A program made the translations under genes and the position numbers. Shown in pieces: positions 42,809 to 56,102 of a stretch of DNA of 64,000 nt (its first letter is position 1; every line of letters begins with the position of its first letter). The notes beneath the pieces were generated by a model that worked only from the letters and a program-made list of their open reading frames with translations, was not told where the DNA came from and made no database searches. The stretch is from contig OZ024750.1 of NCBI GenBank assembly GCA_964016885.1, forward strand, positions 45,012,001 through 45,076,000, written 5' to 3'. This DNA is from Eledone cirrhosa (lineage: Eukaryota).

Positions 42809-45800
42809 TTGATATCACAATAACAGTTGTGAAACTACTTGACAACACAAAAACAGTTGTGAAACTACTTGACAACACAACAACAGTTGTGAAACTACTT
42901 GACAACACAACAATAGTTGTGAAACTACTTGACAACACAACAACAGTTGTGAAACTACTTGACAACACAACAATAGTTGTGAAACTACTTGACAACACAA
43001 CAACAGTTGTGAAACTACTTGACAACACAATAACAGTTGTGAAACTACTTGACAACACAATAACAGTTGTGAAACTACTTGACAACACAACAACAGTTGT
43101 GAAACTACTTGACAACACAACAACAGTTGTGAAACTACTTGACAACACAACAACAGTTGTGAAACTACTTGACAACACAACAATAGTTGTGAAACTACTT
43201 GACAACACAACAACAGTTGTGAAACTACTTGACAACACAACAACAGTTGTGAAACTACTTGACAACACAACAATAGTTGTGAAACTACTTGACAACACAA
43301 CAACAGTTGTGAAACTACTTGACAACACAATAACAGTTGTGAAACTACTTGACAACACAACAACAGTTGTGAAACTACTTGACAACACAACAATAGTTGT
43401 GAAACTACTTGACAACACAACAACAGTTGTGAAACTACTTGACAACACAATAACAGTTGTGAAACTACTTGACAACACAATAACAGTTGTGAAACTACTT
43501 GACAACACAACAACAGTTGTGAAACTACTTGACAACACAGCAATAGTTGTGAAGCTACTTGACAACACAACAACAGTTGTGAAACTACTTGACAACACAA
43601 TAACAGTTGTGAAACTACTTGACAACACAACAACAGTTGTGAAACTACTTAACAACACAACAATAGTTGTGAAACTACTTAACAACACAACAACAGTTGT
43701 GAAACTACTTGACAACACAATAACAGTTGTGAAACTACTTGACAACACAACAACAGTTGTGAAACTACTTGACAACACAACAACAGTTGTGAAACTACTT
43801 GACAACACAACAATAGTTGTGAAACTACTTGACAACACAACAATAGTTGTGAAACTACTTGACAACACAACAACAGTTGTGAAACTACTTGACAACACAA
43901 TAACAGTTGTGAAACTACTTGACAACACAATAACAGTTGTGAAACTACTTGACAACACAACAACAGTTGTGAAACTACTTGACAACACAGCAATAGTTGT
44001 GAAGCTACTTGACAACACAACAACAGTTGTGAAACTACTTGACAACACAATAACAGTTGTGAAACTACTTGACAACACAACAACAGTTGTGAAACTACTT
44101 AACAACACAACAATAGTTGTGAAACTACTTAACAACACAACAACAGTTGTGAAACTACTTGACAACACAATAACAGTTGTGAAACTAATTGACAACACAA
44201 CAACAGTTGTGAAACTACTTGACAACACAACAACAGTTGTGAAACTACTTGACAACACAACAATAGTTGTGAAACTACTTGACAACACAACAACAGTTGT
44301 GAAACTACTTGACAACACAATAACAGTTGTGAAACTACTTGACAACACAACAACAGTTGTGAAACTACTTGACAACACAACAATAGTTGTGAAACTACTT
44401 GACAACACAACAACAGTTGTGAAACTACTTGACAACACAATAACAGTTGTGAAACTACTTGACAACACAACAACAGTTGTGAAACTACTTGACAACACAA
44501 CAACAGTTGTGAAACTACTTGACAACACAACAATAGTTGTGAAACTACTTGACAACACAACAACAGTTGTGAAACTACTTGACAACACAACAACAGTTGT
44601 GAAACTACTTGACAACACAACAACAGTTGTGAAACTACTTGACAACACAACAATAGTTGTGAAACTACTTGACAACACAACAACAGTTGTGAAACTACTT
44701 GACAACACAATAACAGTTGTGAAACTACTTGACAACACAACAACAGTTGTGAAACTACTTGACAACACAACAACAGTTGTGAAACTACTTGACAACACAA
44801 CAACAGTTGTGAAACTACTTGACAACACAACAACAGTTGTGAAACTACTTGACAACACAACAATAGTTGTGAAACTACTTAACAACACAACAACAGTTGT
44901 GAAACTACTTGACAACACAATAACAGTTGTGAAACTACTTGACAACACAACAACAGTTGTGAAACTACTTGACAACACAAAAACAGTTGTGAAACTACTT
45001 GACAACACAATAACAGTTGTGAAACTACTTGACAACACAACAACAGTTGTGAAACTACTTGACAACATGATAACAGTTGTGAAACTACTTGACAACACAA
45101 TAACAGTTGTGAAACTACTTGACAACACAACAACAGTTGTAAAACTACTTGACAACATGATAACAGTTGTGAAACTACTTGACATCACAACAACAGTTGT
45201 GAAACTACTTGACAACATGATAACAGTTGTGAAACTACTTGACAACACAACAATAGTTGTGAAACTACTTGACAACACAATAACAGTTGTGAAACTACTT
45301 GACAACACAATAACAGTTGTGAAACTACTTGACAACACAACAATAGTTGTGAAACTACTTGACAACACAACAACAGTTGTGAAACTACTTGACAACACAA
45401 CAATAGTTGTGAAACTACTTGACAACACAATAACAGTTGTGAAACTACTTGACAACACAATAACAGTTGTGAAACTACTTGACAACACAACAATAGTTGT
45501 GAAACTACTTGACAACACAACAACAGTTGTGAAACTACTTGACAACACAACAACAGTTGTGAAACTACTTGACAACACAACAACAGTTGTGAAACTACTT
45601 GACAACACAACAACAGTTGTGAAACTACTTGACAACACAACAACAGTTGTGAAACTACTTGACAAAACAACAACAGTTGTGAAACTACTTGACAACACAA
45701 CAACAGTTGTGAAACTACTTGACAACACAACAACAGTTGTGAAACTACTTGACAACACAACAACAGTTGTGAAACTACTTGACAACACAAAAACAGTTGT

Positions 45801-46470
45801 GAAACTACTTGACAACACAATAACAGTTTTGAAACTACTTGACAACACAACAACAGTTGTGAAACTACTTGACAACATGATAACAGTTGTGAAACTACTT
45901 GACAACACAATAACAGTTGTGAAACTACTTGACAACACAACAACAGTTGTAAAACTACTTCACAACATGATAACAGTTGTGAAACTACTTGACAACACAA
46001 CAACAGTTGTGAAACTACTTGACAACACAACAACAGTTGTGAAACTACTTGACAACACAACAACAGTTGTGAAACTACTTGACAACACAACAATAGTTGT
46101 GAAACTACTTGACAACACAACAACAGTTGTGAAACTACTTGACAACACAACAATAGTTGTGAAACTACTTGACAACACAATAACAGTTGTGAAACTACTT
46201 GACAACACAATAACAGTTGTGAAACTACTTGACAACACAACAAGAGTTGTGAAACTACTTGACAACACAACAACAGTTGTGAAACTACTTGACAACACAA
46301 CAACAGTTGTGAAACTACTTGACAACACAACAACAGTTGTGAAACTACTTGACAACACAACAACAGTTGTGAAACTACTTGACAACACAACAATAGTTGT
46401 GAAACTACTTGACAACACAACAATAGTTGTGAAACTACTTGACATCACAACAACAGTTGTGAAACTACTC
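42809..46470. repeat. 30-bp minisatellite (gacaacacaacaacagttgtgaaactactt), about 122 copies
   Basis: Exact 30-bp phase (two units per 60-nt line) with substitutions only. Confidence 0.97.
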
Positions 46471-46654
46471 CAATATTTTCAACAGCCATGAAACCTGGTT
46501 CCAAACAAACAGACTCCAAATAGTACCTACCAAGCCTACAACATACGTACACAAGCATAGAGATAAACAGACACACACACACCCATAAGATACACCCATA
46601 CCCCCCCCCCCCCACCCATACCCCCCCCCCCCCACACACACACTTATATATATA

Positions 46655-47110
46655 TAGTAATAATAAATTTGAAGACTAAAATCCAAAGAGGGCTCGATAA
46701 GGATAAATATATATCAAATATATAAATATATGTATAAATACAATATCGGAGAAAGCTTTTTAGCCATACTCCGGCCAAATTCCAACTCACTCAACAAACA
46801 TTAGGAAATAAGTGATTATATTCCCAATTATGCGTTCGGGGTGCTAACTAAAAGTATTGCGTGGAAAATTGGCTGTATTATTTCATATGAGACATATCGA
46901 ATATATCTCTTCCCAGACGGACGTCTCGTTTCATTATAGGATTCCTACAATTTGGGTTAAATTATACCAATTTATGTAGGAGCTTGTATACCATCAATAG
47001 ATATATATTAAAGTGGGCTCCTATAATTCATCAGTGGGTGCCCCAATAATACTAATATTGATAATCTAACCAACATCAGTATTAATCGATAATCATCATC
47101 AGTGCCTGAG
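46655..47110 (-). mobile_element. Probable PLE pLTR fragment carrying an HHR; its 3' tail recurs at 15594-15660
   Basis: gaagact.aaatccaaagaggg..cgataagga.aa is shared by 46670 and 15613, each beside (TA)n. Confidence 0.6.
46912..47038 (-). ncRNA. Type I hammerhead ribozyme motif with an extended, branched stem II
   Basis: ccca-CTGATGA-attatagga-[~80 nt including tcctaca/tgtagga]-tcctataat-GAA-acg(a)gacgtccgt-C-tggg; GUC triplet. Confidence 0.75.
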
Positions 47111-47308
47111 GTATCTGTCAGGTTGCCAGTCCAGCAGTTCTAATGAAATGCTCAAACTGATTCAAAAATGAGGAAGTAAATTACCGCCACAAAAAAAAAT
47201 AATGCATGCGCATGACAATGAATTCTAAAAGAAATTCAGGCCACGTGCTAGAACTCAATTGGAAATTGAAAAAATATCTATGTGTGAACAACATTTGATG
47301 ACACACAC

Positions 47309-47395
<87 letters not shown>

Positions 47396-47397
<2 letters not shown>

Positions 47398-47569
47398 GGA
47401 TCCCAACGGCTGAGCTCCGGCCGCTTCGACAGCTAGTTGCGGATCTAGCTGCCGAAACGGCCGGAGCTCTGCCGTCGGAGTCGTGAATCTTTTCATATTA
47501 CCCACTCTACTACCCCAAGTATCGAGTACCGTGGTGGGTTATGGTCTAAGTGTTTTTTACCACACCCTA

Positions 47570-47575
<6 letters not shown>
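47396..47575 (+). mobile_element. Family A fold-back element (diverged)
   Basis: Hairpin acggctgagctccggccg..cggccggagctctgccgt plus the family tail. Confidence 0.7.
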
Positions 47576-47646
<71 letters not shown>

Positions 47647-47659
47647 CATACATATTCAT

Positions 47660-47792
47660 TTTCCTGATGATTTTGTATAAAACAGTTCTAGTCCTATACA
47701 GGCAATTTTTCTGTGAAACATGTTGTTTACACTACACTAATATATTGAGTACCTTACTTATTGTGGTTACCCCTGATTGAACTCGAGACTCA
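47660..47792 (+). mobile_element. Family B element with a degenerate HHR
   Basis: ttcCTGATGAttttgtataAAACagttctagtcct...tattgagtaccttacttattgtggttacc. Confidence 0.6.
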
Positions 47793-48120
47793 CACACACA
47801 CACACATACACACACAGACACACACGCACACATAGACACACACACACACAGAAACCCCCCACCCCAACAAACATATATATATAATTGTTTCTACTTTAGG
47901 CACAAGGCCAGCAATTACCCACTGCATTACTGGTACTTTATTTTATCGACCCCGTAAGGATGAAAGGCAAAGTTAACATATATATATATAATATATATAC
48001 ATACATACAGAAAAACAAATATACATATTTCCAGTATATATGTATGATTATACATATGAGTATCCATTACTGCGTATATATATATATTTTCTTTTTTCAC
48101 TAACTCTGACAGTTTAGCAG

Positions 48121-48186
48121 GTGAACAGTGAGTTGTACTGATGAAGGGTGATACCCAGAAACATTAGTGTCTGCAGTTCAGTTCAC
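48121..48186 (+). ncRNA. Type I hammerhead ribozyme motif
   Basis: gtgaac.gagttgta-CTGATGA-a-gggt-gat-accc-a-GAA-acattagtgt-C-tgcagttc.gttcac; long stem I, near-palindromic stem III, GUC triplet. Confidence 0.8.
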
Positions 48187-48311
48187 ATACCAACACAAGG
48201 GCAAGAATGAAGGGTTCATTCTACTGACATGGCTATAAAATTGAGGCTTGTTTGCATACTTGCAAACGAATCGAAAATTATTATTAATATTCGAAAAACT
48301 CAGATTATATT

Positions 48312-48360
<49 letters not shown>

Positions 48361-49239
48361 CATACATATAGCAGTATCTATATATATACAAATATATATG
48401 TGTATGTGTAAGGATATATGTATGTATATAACTATACACACACACGCAAACGCAGATATATATGAAACATTTAATTGTGTATGCACACAGACCTTTTAGG
48501 TTCATATGTATTAAAACAAATGGCAAACTTACTTCCAGATTTGTCAAATAATAGTAAGTAATATGTAAGGAAGAATATTGAATAAGTAACATAATGCCGG
48601 AAACTGTTCGACTATTATGATGATTTCTTTGTTTTGTCAAAATACCGATTTCTTTATAGGAAAGGGAGATATTCGTTTAAATATGTTGCAGCATATATTG
48701 TTACTGTTTTTGTGTTTTTTCCATTTTTCATGTGGAAATATTGGCATAAATTGTGACTATAAGGCATAGATTTACATCCACTTAGAATCTAAAAATACTG
48801 AAACCACTCTAACAAATATAGAACTTTTGTATGCTTTTCTAAATTACACGTTTTAACTGCAATATCCGAAGAACTTAACGTTTGAATCGTTCATATGCTA
48901 TTAATACTTTAAACATGAGCCAACGACACAGACTTACTTAGTTGCTTGACCTTCTAGAAGTAGAAGACTAATCTAACTTAAATCGTTCTCTTCTCTTTTT
49001 AAAATGATGAAAAATATTAGACAATATAATACTTAATACACAAAATGAGAGTTTAGGCATGACTGCAACATATTTGATCTTAAGTATTGTTTTTGTTAGG
49101 AACATACTTGAGCTAAACAACAACACCATTGTAAAACGTTTCCTGAAAGGTCGACATTGACTGCAATATTATTAACAATGCTCAAAAGCTTGATCCAAGA
49201 AGTGTATGCTTAATATTTGCAATTTCCATAGCGGGTATT

Positions 49240-49970
49240 AGCAGAGTAAGTTGAGCCTCGGTAAATGACTTGTTCATTCTGAGTTCAAATTTGCAGTTCA
49301 AATACAGTCGTGATGAAATATTGTCTTTCATCTTTCTTGTGTAGATAATATAAAATATCAGTCATATATTGGTGTCGGTGTAATCCAATGTTCCTTCTGT
49401 CTTAAGCGGGGCAGTGTGTCTAGATTAGGTAACTCTGAGTTCAAATACCGCCGAGGTTAACTTTGCCTACATCCTTACGGGGTCGATAAAATAAAGTACC
49501 AGTAATACACTGGGATAATTGGTGGCCTTGTGCCAAAAAGTAGAAACAATTAATAGAGTGGTAGATAGGTAGTATTGGTAGAGCGTCTGACACCAAACAT
49601 CGTGGCGTGGAGTTATGTTCCGAGTTCAAATGCCGCCGAGGTTGAATTTACATTTCATCGTTACAGGGTCGATAATATAAGGCACCAGTAATTCACTTGG
49701 GTTAATTTAATCGAATTTCCCCATGCTCAAAAATATTTGACCCTGTGTCTAAGTCAAACCATTATTAAAAATAAGTTGAAAGTTGGATTGGCACTATTGC
49801 TAGAACGTCGGACACCATGTTTAACGGGATAGAGTTACGTCCCTTTATGTTCTGATTGCAAATCTCGTTGAGGTTACCTTTGCCTTTCAGCACTACAATG
49901 TCGATAAAATAAAGTACCAGTTACACACTGGGGTCATTTTAATCAACTTTCTCCACCCACCCCCAAATTT
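49240..49970 (+). mobile_element. Cluster of about 4 Deu/Nin SINE copies
   Basis: B boxes at about 49280, 49437, 49622 and 49853, each followed by a Nin core. Confidence 0.75.
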
Positions 49971-50289
49971 GAACTGCAGCTTCTTTATGTTATCTCACTA
50001 GAGAGCAAAGAAACATGGGAACTGATGCCTGATTGATTTATCTTCTGGAAAGAGACGGATCTTACTCAAATTAACATCTGGCTTCTTACAAAGGTTTATT
50101 GACAATGTATTCATAAATAGCGTATATACTCGCGTATAGGTCGCACTTTTTTAACGATAAATAAGTATAAATGTTTAGGGTACGACCTATCCGATCAACA
50201 TCAGACTGACCAATGATTTTTCATAGATTTAATCAACCATGAGTATTTAGAAAAATAACTTTGTTAATATTTTTTATTATATAACATAA

Positions 50290-50417
50290 TAATTGTTTCT
50301 ACTTTTGGCACAAGGCCGGCAAATACGGCGGGATTTGAACTCAGATCGTAAATGGACGTAACTACGCTGGAAAGCATGGCGTCCGACCCTCTACCAATAC
50401 TGTCAATTCACCGCCCT
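50290..50417 (-). mobile_element. Internally deleted Deu/Nin SINE with TSD
   Basis: ttattatataacataataatt on both sides. Confidence 0.75.
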
Positions 50418-52994
50418 TATTATATAACATAATAATTTCATGTATCTACCTATACAAAAATCATGGTTTAAGGTGAATGGAATGTATTTGATCTCTAGAA
50501 TGTTCGAGAAATGCTTAACAAGAGTTAAAGAAAAATACAGAGACAGGAAAGATGGGAAGGAAAGTCAACTCTAGCGGGGAATGAACTCATAACTTAAAGG
50601 TACTGAACTAATTACTACAAGGCATACTGTCCGCCAATCTATGTTTTCTACAAATCCGTCATATTAATACAAATACGATATTACATTCCACAACCTCTCA
50701 TAATGCGTATATAATACAGATACTCATATTAATGTACCCAGCAAAATGCAGAGTCTCTTATTGTTGGGGTACAACTAAAATTCCATGGTTTCATGTTAAT
50801 AATTTTAGGGAAAAGATACTAGAGTGTTTTCCCGTTACGTTTTGCAAACTCACAGGTGTGTGCGATCGCAGCAATAAATGAAACCATTTATCAATGTTAT
50901 AGACATTCCGTTGCCGTTTCGAGAAGCAAGTTTTCTTTATTATATGTGGGATATAATAAACTCTAAGCAGATAATATTAACTACGGCAGTGTATCTGTAA
51001 TTGGGAAAGGTTGGAGCAATTGTTCATTATACCAGTAATATTTCCATCGCTGTAATATATCTAACAAATAGTTTACTATATGTATGAGTGGCCCAGTACC
51101 CCCTAGCAGCGCTGTATGTATACTGTCTTGATAAAACCTGCCTTGGGTCTTTAAAGCCTAGCAGACCCAATCTCCTCCACAGATATAAACTAAGTTGATT
51201 TCTTTCGAAAAAGGAACAAAAGAAGAGAAGAGATGATCTCATTTTTTGAACGGTAATTCATTCAATAAATCTCGAAATGATGAGAGTCAACGTTCAAGTC
51301 GGTGGGATTTGAACTCGGAGCACAGAGAACCTGAGAAAATATCGCAAAATATTCTCTCTGTTTTCACGTCTCTGCTCATGCACCGCCTCGGTATTTAATA
51401 TTGTTATAATTTATAATGAATTATCTGTTTATTGTGATATATTGTGATTTGATATATTATGCATTACATAAACTTTATACAAACTCAAGATATTTTAATT
51501 TTCGTTTTCGATCAGAGTTTTATAACAACAGCAAACATAAGACAAAAAGTTGGTTGAAAAAATGTGATTATCTTTTAGGTCATGGCATGACATTTATAGA
51601 GCAATTTTTGCAGCTGACATTAACCTGCTGGGTTTAATGCAAGCAAATCATGTTCCGTTTTACATGTCATGGTTATAATTTTCGTCACTGAAAAAAAAAA
51701 TGTGGGGTGTTGATTTAGCAGAAATGATATTTTGCCGGAATATCTTGCAGTAATTTCATTTTGTCCGACTATATTCTCATTTGAAATGCTGACACGCTTC
51801 TGGTATTTAGTTAAGCCTCTTTGTTCCGAGTTCAAACCCCAACTAGGTGTAATTTTCCTTTCATTTGTTGAGAAATTTTTTATAGCTTAGTCAGAGGTGG
51901 AGGGGCAGCTCCCATGACCTTTACGCAGAAGTTGGAGGGCGGGAACTGAACTCGAGTATTATTTTCAAACAGGAGACTAAGTCCGAATATTTGTAACAGA
52001 GAGAACTTCGTTAACAATACTAAATATTCAGATTTTATTAAAGGGTGTGGAAGATAAACCTTTATGATAATAACCAACTCGTGACCGCTCTTGCATTCAT
52101 GATACAACACTGCTAAATCTAAAATATTCAGCTATATATCAAAACATTCCAGCGTAATTATATGTCAGAACCTTTGTTAAGTTACGTACGAAAAACCAGT
52201 TAAATAATGAAAAAGTTAATTGTTATTAAATCATTCCTAATTCTTTATTATTTACAAAATTAATTGGAAATCATGAGCAGTATACTTCATTAAATATATG
52301 GTAATGAAATGGCTAATTATACTGTCCATAGAACACGTATATTACATCAAACGAGCTGTTCCACATTTTTAATCTTTCCAATTTAACCCACAAACTTCGA
52401 GTAACACGGATATGTGATAGAAAGAAATCTTGATTAAGATGTTGTACAATCAGATTAAATTTAGATTAATTAAATATCAGTATGTAATACATGACTATAG
52501 TAACATCTTCAATATTGATAAAACATGCGGGAGTTCATTCCATTTATTATAGTCTAACGTAGGAGCGAATTACTAAAGTTGTTATATTATAGTCTCGGAT
52601 AAAAATACCTTATGATTCGATTCATTTTGTTTTTGTATTCCGTGTTCAAATCCCACCGTAACTTTCTTTCGGGATCGTTAAATAAAACTACCAGTCCACG
52701 GCCGGTTAAAGGGAGTTGTTAAAGTGTAGGCTGGATCACTTTGTGGTATCAGTTCCAGTTCTGTGATTCCTGGGTTCAAAACCACCCCCGGTCATCGATG
52801 GAACGGAGACTCGTCTGCCAGGCGTCGTGACCGACAGATAGGGTCTGGAATAGAAACACCATTGGAATGGTAGGTTGCAGGGATCGATTAGAAGAACAAC
52901 TGATTTTTCTTTATACATTCCAAACATAGGTTGCACTTTGATAATATTTTCTATTGTCAATTCCTTTGTAACTGGGACGTCTTTTAGTGTGTGT

Positions 52995-53055
<61 letters not shown>

Positions 53056-53184
53056 TGTGTGTGTGTGTGTGTGTGTGTATGTGTGCGCGTGTGTGTGTGT
53101 GTGTGTCAGAGGGAATAAGAGGATATATATATATATATATATATTAAAATACAAATATTAATAAAATAGATGTTCTTTTGATCA

Positions 53185-53247
53185 ATTACATTTTATTATA
53201 CATATTTCGGAGGTACAACAGTACGTCCTCATCAGACAAAATATAAT
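53185..53247 (-). ncRNA. Type I hammerhead ribozyme motif
   Basis: attatattttgt-CTGATGA-ggacgtac-tgtt-gtacctcc-GAA-atatgtat-A-ataaaatgtaat; 12-bp stem I. Confidence 0.8.
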
Positions 53248-53317
53248 GATACATGACATATCCTGAGATGTTAAATGGTTAAGATTTAATCAAGGTACCT
53301 CCTTGATTAAATCTTAT

Positions 53318-53409
<92 letters not shown>

Positions 53410-53414
53410 ATAAG

Positions 53415-53545
53415 TTAAGTTTATCCCGGGTTCATTCGGGGATAACCACAGTAAGTAAGGTACTTAATAAAAAGCGTAGTATAAATATTTAATATAGAAA
53501 AGGCTTCTACGGGACTAGAACTGTTTCATTCGGGACTTGAATATT
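53415..53545 (-). mobile_element. Family B element truncated in HHR stem II
   Basis: cccgggttcattcggggataaccacagtaagtaaggtact...ctacgggactagaactgtttcattc. Confidence 0.7.
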
Positions 53546-53586
53546 TCTACAAGTACATTGTACCTGTTGAAGTATCCATCCACTTC

Positions 53587-53650
<64 letters not shown>

Positions 53651-53976
53651 TGTGTGTGAATATGTGTGTGTCAGAGGTAATAACAGGATCATGTATATAT
53701 GAGTGTGCGTTGTATTGGCTGTAAATGGTGTCGGGGCTACGGAATATTGATGTAGAGGCAGTATAACCAAACTTTATATCGCTTAATCAGACGTTGAATA
53801 TCCACAACTGTGAGTTATTTAAGTCCCACTGAATCATTGAATGCCGACAGCGATTGATTCTATATTAAACTTAACCTGTATATAAATACACATATATATA
53901 AATAGAGAAATAGAACACTGGAAATAATATCCGTCGTGGTAGAGCACTCAGTCCGTGGGGCTAGTTTGGTAGAAGT

Positions 53977-54647
53977 GGTAACACAACAATTAGTTCACCA
54001 TACCGAGAACAATTGTTTCACCTTAGTGGATCTTCAGCTCGTACTCTGATGGTAACACAACAGTTAGTTCACCATACCGAGAACAATTGTTTCACCTTAG
54101 CGGATCTTCAGCTCGTACTCTGATGGTAACACAACAGTTAGTTCACCATACCGAGAACAATTGTTTCACCTTAGCGGATCTTCAGCTCGTACTCTGATGG
54201 TAACACAACAGTTAGTTCACCATACCGAGAACAATTGTTTTACCTTAGTGGATCTTCAGCTCGTACTCTGATGGTAACACAACAGTTAGTTCACCATACC
54301 GAGAACAATTGTTTTACCTTAGTGGATCTTCAGCTCGTACTCTGATGGTAACACAACAGTTAGTTCACCATACCGAGAACAATTGTTTTACCTTAGTGGA
54401 TCTTCAGCTCGTACTCTGATGGTAACACAACAGTTAGTTCACCATACCGAGAACAATTGTTTTACCTTAGTGGATCTTCAGCTCGTACTCTGATGGTAAC
54501 ACAACAGTTAGTTCACCATACCGAGAACAATTGTTTCTCCTTAGTGGATCTTCAGCTCGTACTCTGTACAGAGTACGAGCTGAAGATCCGCTAAGGTGAA
54601 ACAATTGTTTTCGGTGTGGTGAACTAACTGTTGTGTTACCACTTCTA
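53977..54647 (-). ncRNA. Tandem array of eight 74-bp monomers plus one inverted copy, each with a minimal hammerhead motif (family C element, tail at about 53905-53976)
   Basis: Units start at 53977, 54051, 54125, 54199, 54273, 54347, 54421 and 54495. Minus strand: tacgag-CTGAAGA-tcc(a/g)ctaaggt-GAA-acaattgt-T-ctcggta. Inversion centre tgtaca at about 54567. Confidence 0.82.
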
Positions 54648-55512
54648 TATATAAATATATATATATAAATGTGTTTGTGTGCCTGCGTGTGTGTATGTGT
54701 GTGTGTGTTTGTGTGCCTGCGCGTGTGTGTGTGTGTGTATGAATTAATAATTAATATGACATAGAATCTCACACAATGCACATTGTCTCGGATCGTATAT
54801 CATTTTAAATGTTGAGGGAGGGGGAATTCGATGAAATTGACTCCAATGCATTACTGGTTCATTATTTTATTGATCTAGTAAGGATGAAAGGAAAACCTAA
54901 CCTCTGCGGTGTTTGAAATCAGAACTTAAGGGACGTTACTATATACCCCAAATCGAGTTGTCCGACGCTCTACCGATACTGACAATCTAACGACCGTTTT
55001 TTAAATTTGATAATATTATTTCAATTGTTTCAATATTGCCAGAGCTATATGTAAATGTTTGTGTTGGAAGTATTTTGATTTTAAAGATTAATATTCAAAT
55101 TGTTCTATCAACTGTGGTACCTTCTCGCTAAAATAACTTGCCTGTGGTTAAGTATTGCAGAGATACTCGTTAACATAATTTTCTTGTAGATTTAGCATGA
55201 CATAGTGTGCGGTGAAGTAGTGTTCATTTTTATTGTAGTTAAGCAGTCTGAAACAGCGTAAAATGAAATATCCCGTTCTGGATTACAATGCGCCGCCTGA
55301 AATGGAATCACGGACCTAAGATCGTAATCCGAACACTGACCGCTCAGTCAAGTTTCTTCGATACCATATACACACATACGAACACCCACACTCACAGACT
55401 CACACACATACACAGATACTCACATACACACATACACACACATATTTATGCATACATACTTGCATACATATCTAGATACACACATAGCTACATAAATCTA
55501 CATAAGTATATG

Positions 55513-55703
55513 ATAATTGTTTCTACTTTAGGCACAAGGCCAGCAATTCACCAGTGCATTACTGGTACTTTATTTTATCAACCCCGTAAGGATGAAAGAC
55601 AAAGTCAACCTCGGCGGGATTTGAACTCAGATCGTAAAGGGACGTAACTATGCTGGAAAGCATGGCGTCCAACCCTCTACCGATACTGCCAATCCACCGC
55701 CCT
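55513..55703 (-). mobile_element. Full-length Deu/Nin SINE with 19-bp TSD
   Basis: tacataagtatatgataat at 55499-55517 and 55704-55722; A and B boxes intact. Confidence 0.88.
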
Positions 55704-55722
55704 TACATAAGTATATGATAAT

Positions 55723-56035
55723 GATAATGAAAATTATTCTGTACAGTGCTCAGGTGCACTACAACTCATCAAAGGTGCAAGTATATTACCTAGAATAATG
55801 TACAAATGACAGGAAATGAACAGTGTATGAGTCATGAAATATGCACAGATGCATGCATGTGTATGAAGGGGAATATCAGAAGTAGTGTTGGCGAATTTTG
55901 GGAAGCATGGAAGGTTTGAAGAATGAAGTGTCTTAATAGCTAACACCTGATGCAGGTAATTTGTTCCATCCTTCATCAACTCTGAGCGGGAAAAAAAAAA
56001 TATTTAACGTGATACAGCCATAGTGTTGTTTCGTA
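55723..56035 (-). mobile_element. CR1-like LINE 3' end
   Basis: The minus strand resembles FF..RV...WNKLPASGV......FK, followed by a 3'UTR ending cacctgagcactgtacagaataattttcattatcatt. Confidence 0.6.
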
Positions 56036-56102
56036 CTTTTCAAGAATGGTTTGCTAATATGGTTTCTTGTGGTTTGTAAATGTATAACTTTACAGCAAAG
56101 AT

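Noticed and set aside
42829-46491. 1220-aa repeat protein CDS, and HHR-like words (ttgacaa..gaaac) in the 30-mer
   Set aside because: A stop-free 30-mer produces the ORF automatically; there is no ATG start and variants are mostly non-synonymous. The unit lacks stems I and III and a correct CTGANGA.
50122-50195. Tc1/mariner-pogo-like terminus (tactcgcgtataggtcgcac)
   Set aside because: Only one short end is visible, with no partner TIR or transposase.
53977-54566. CRISPR-like array
   Set aside because: The units are near-identical with no unique spacers, there are no cas genes, and the context is eukaryotic.
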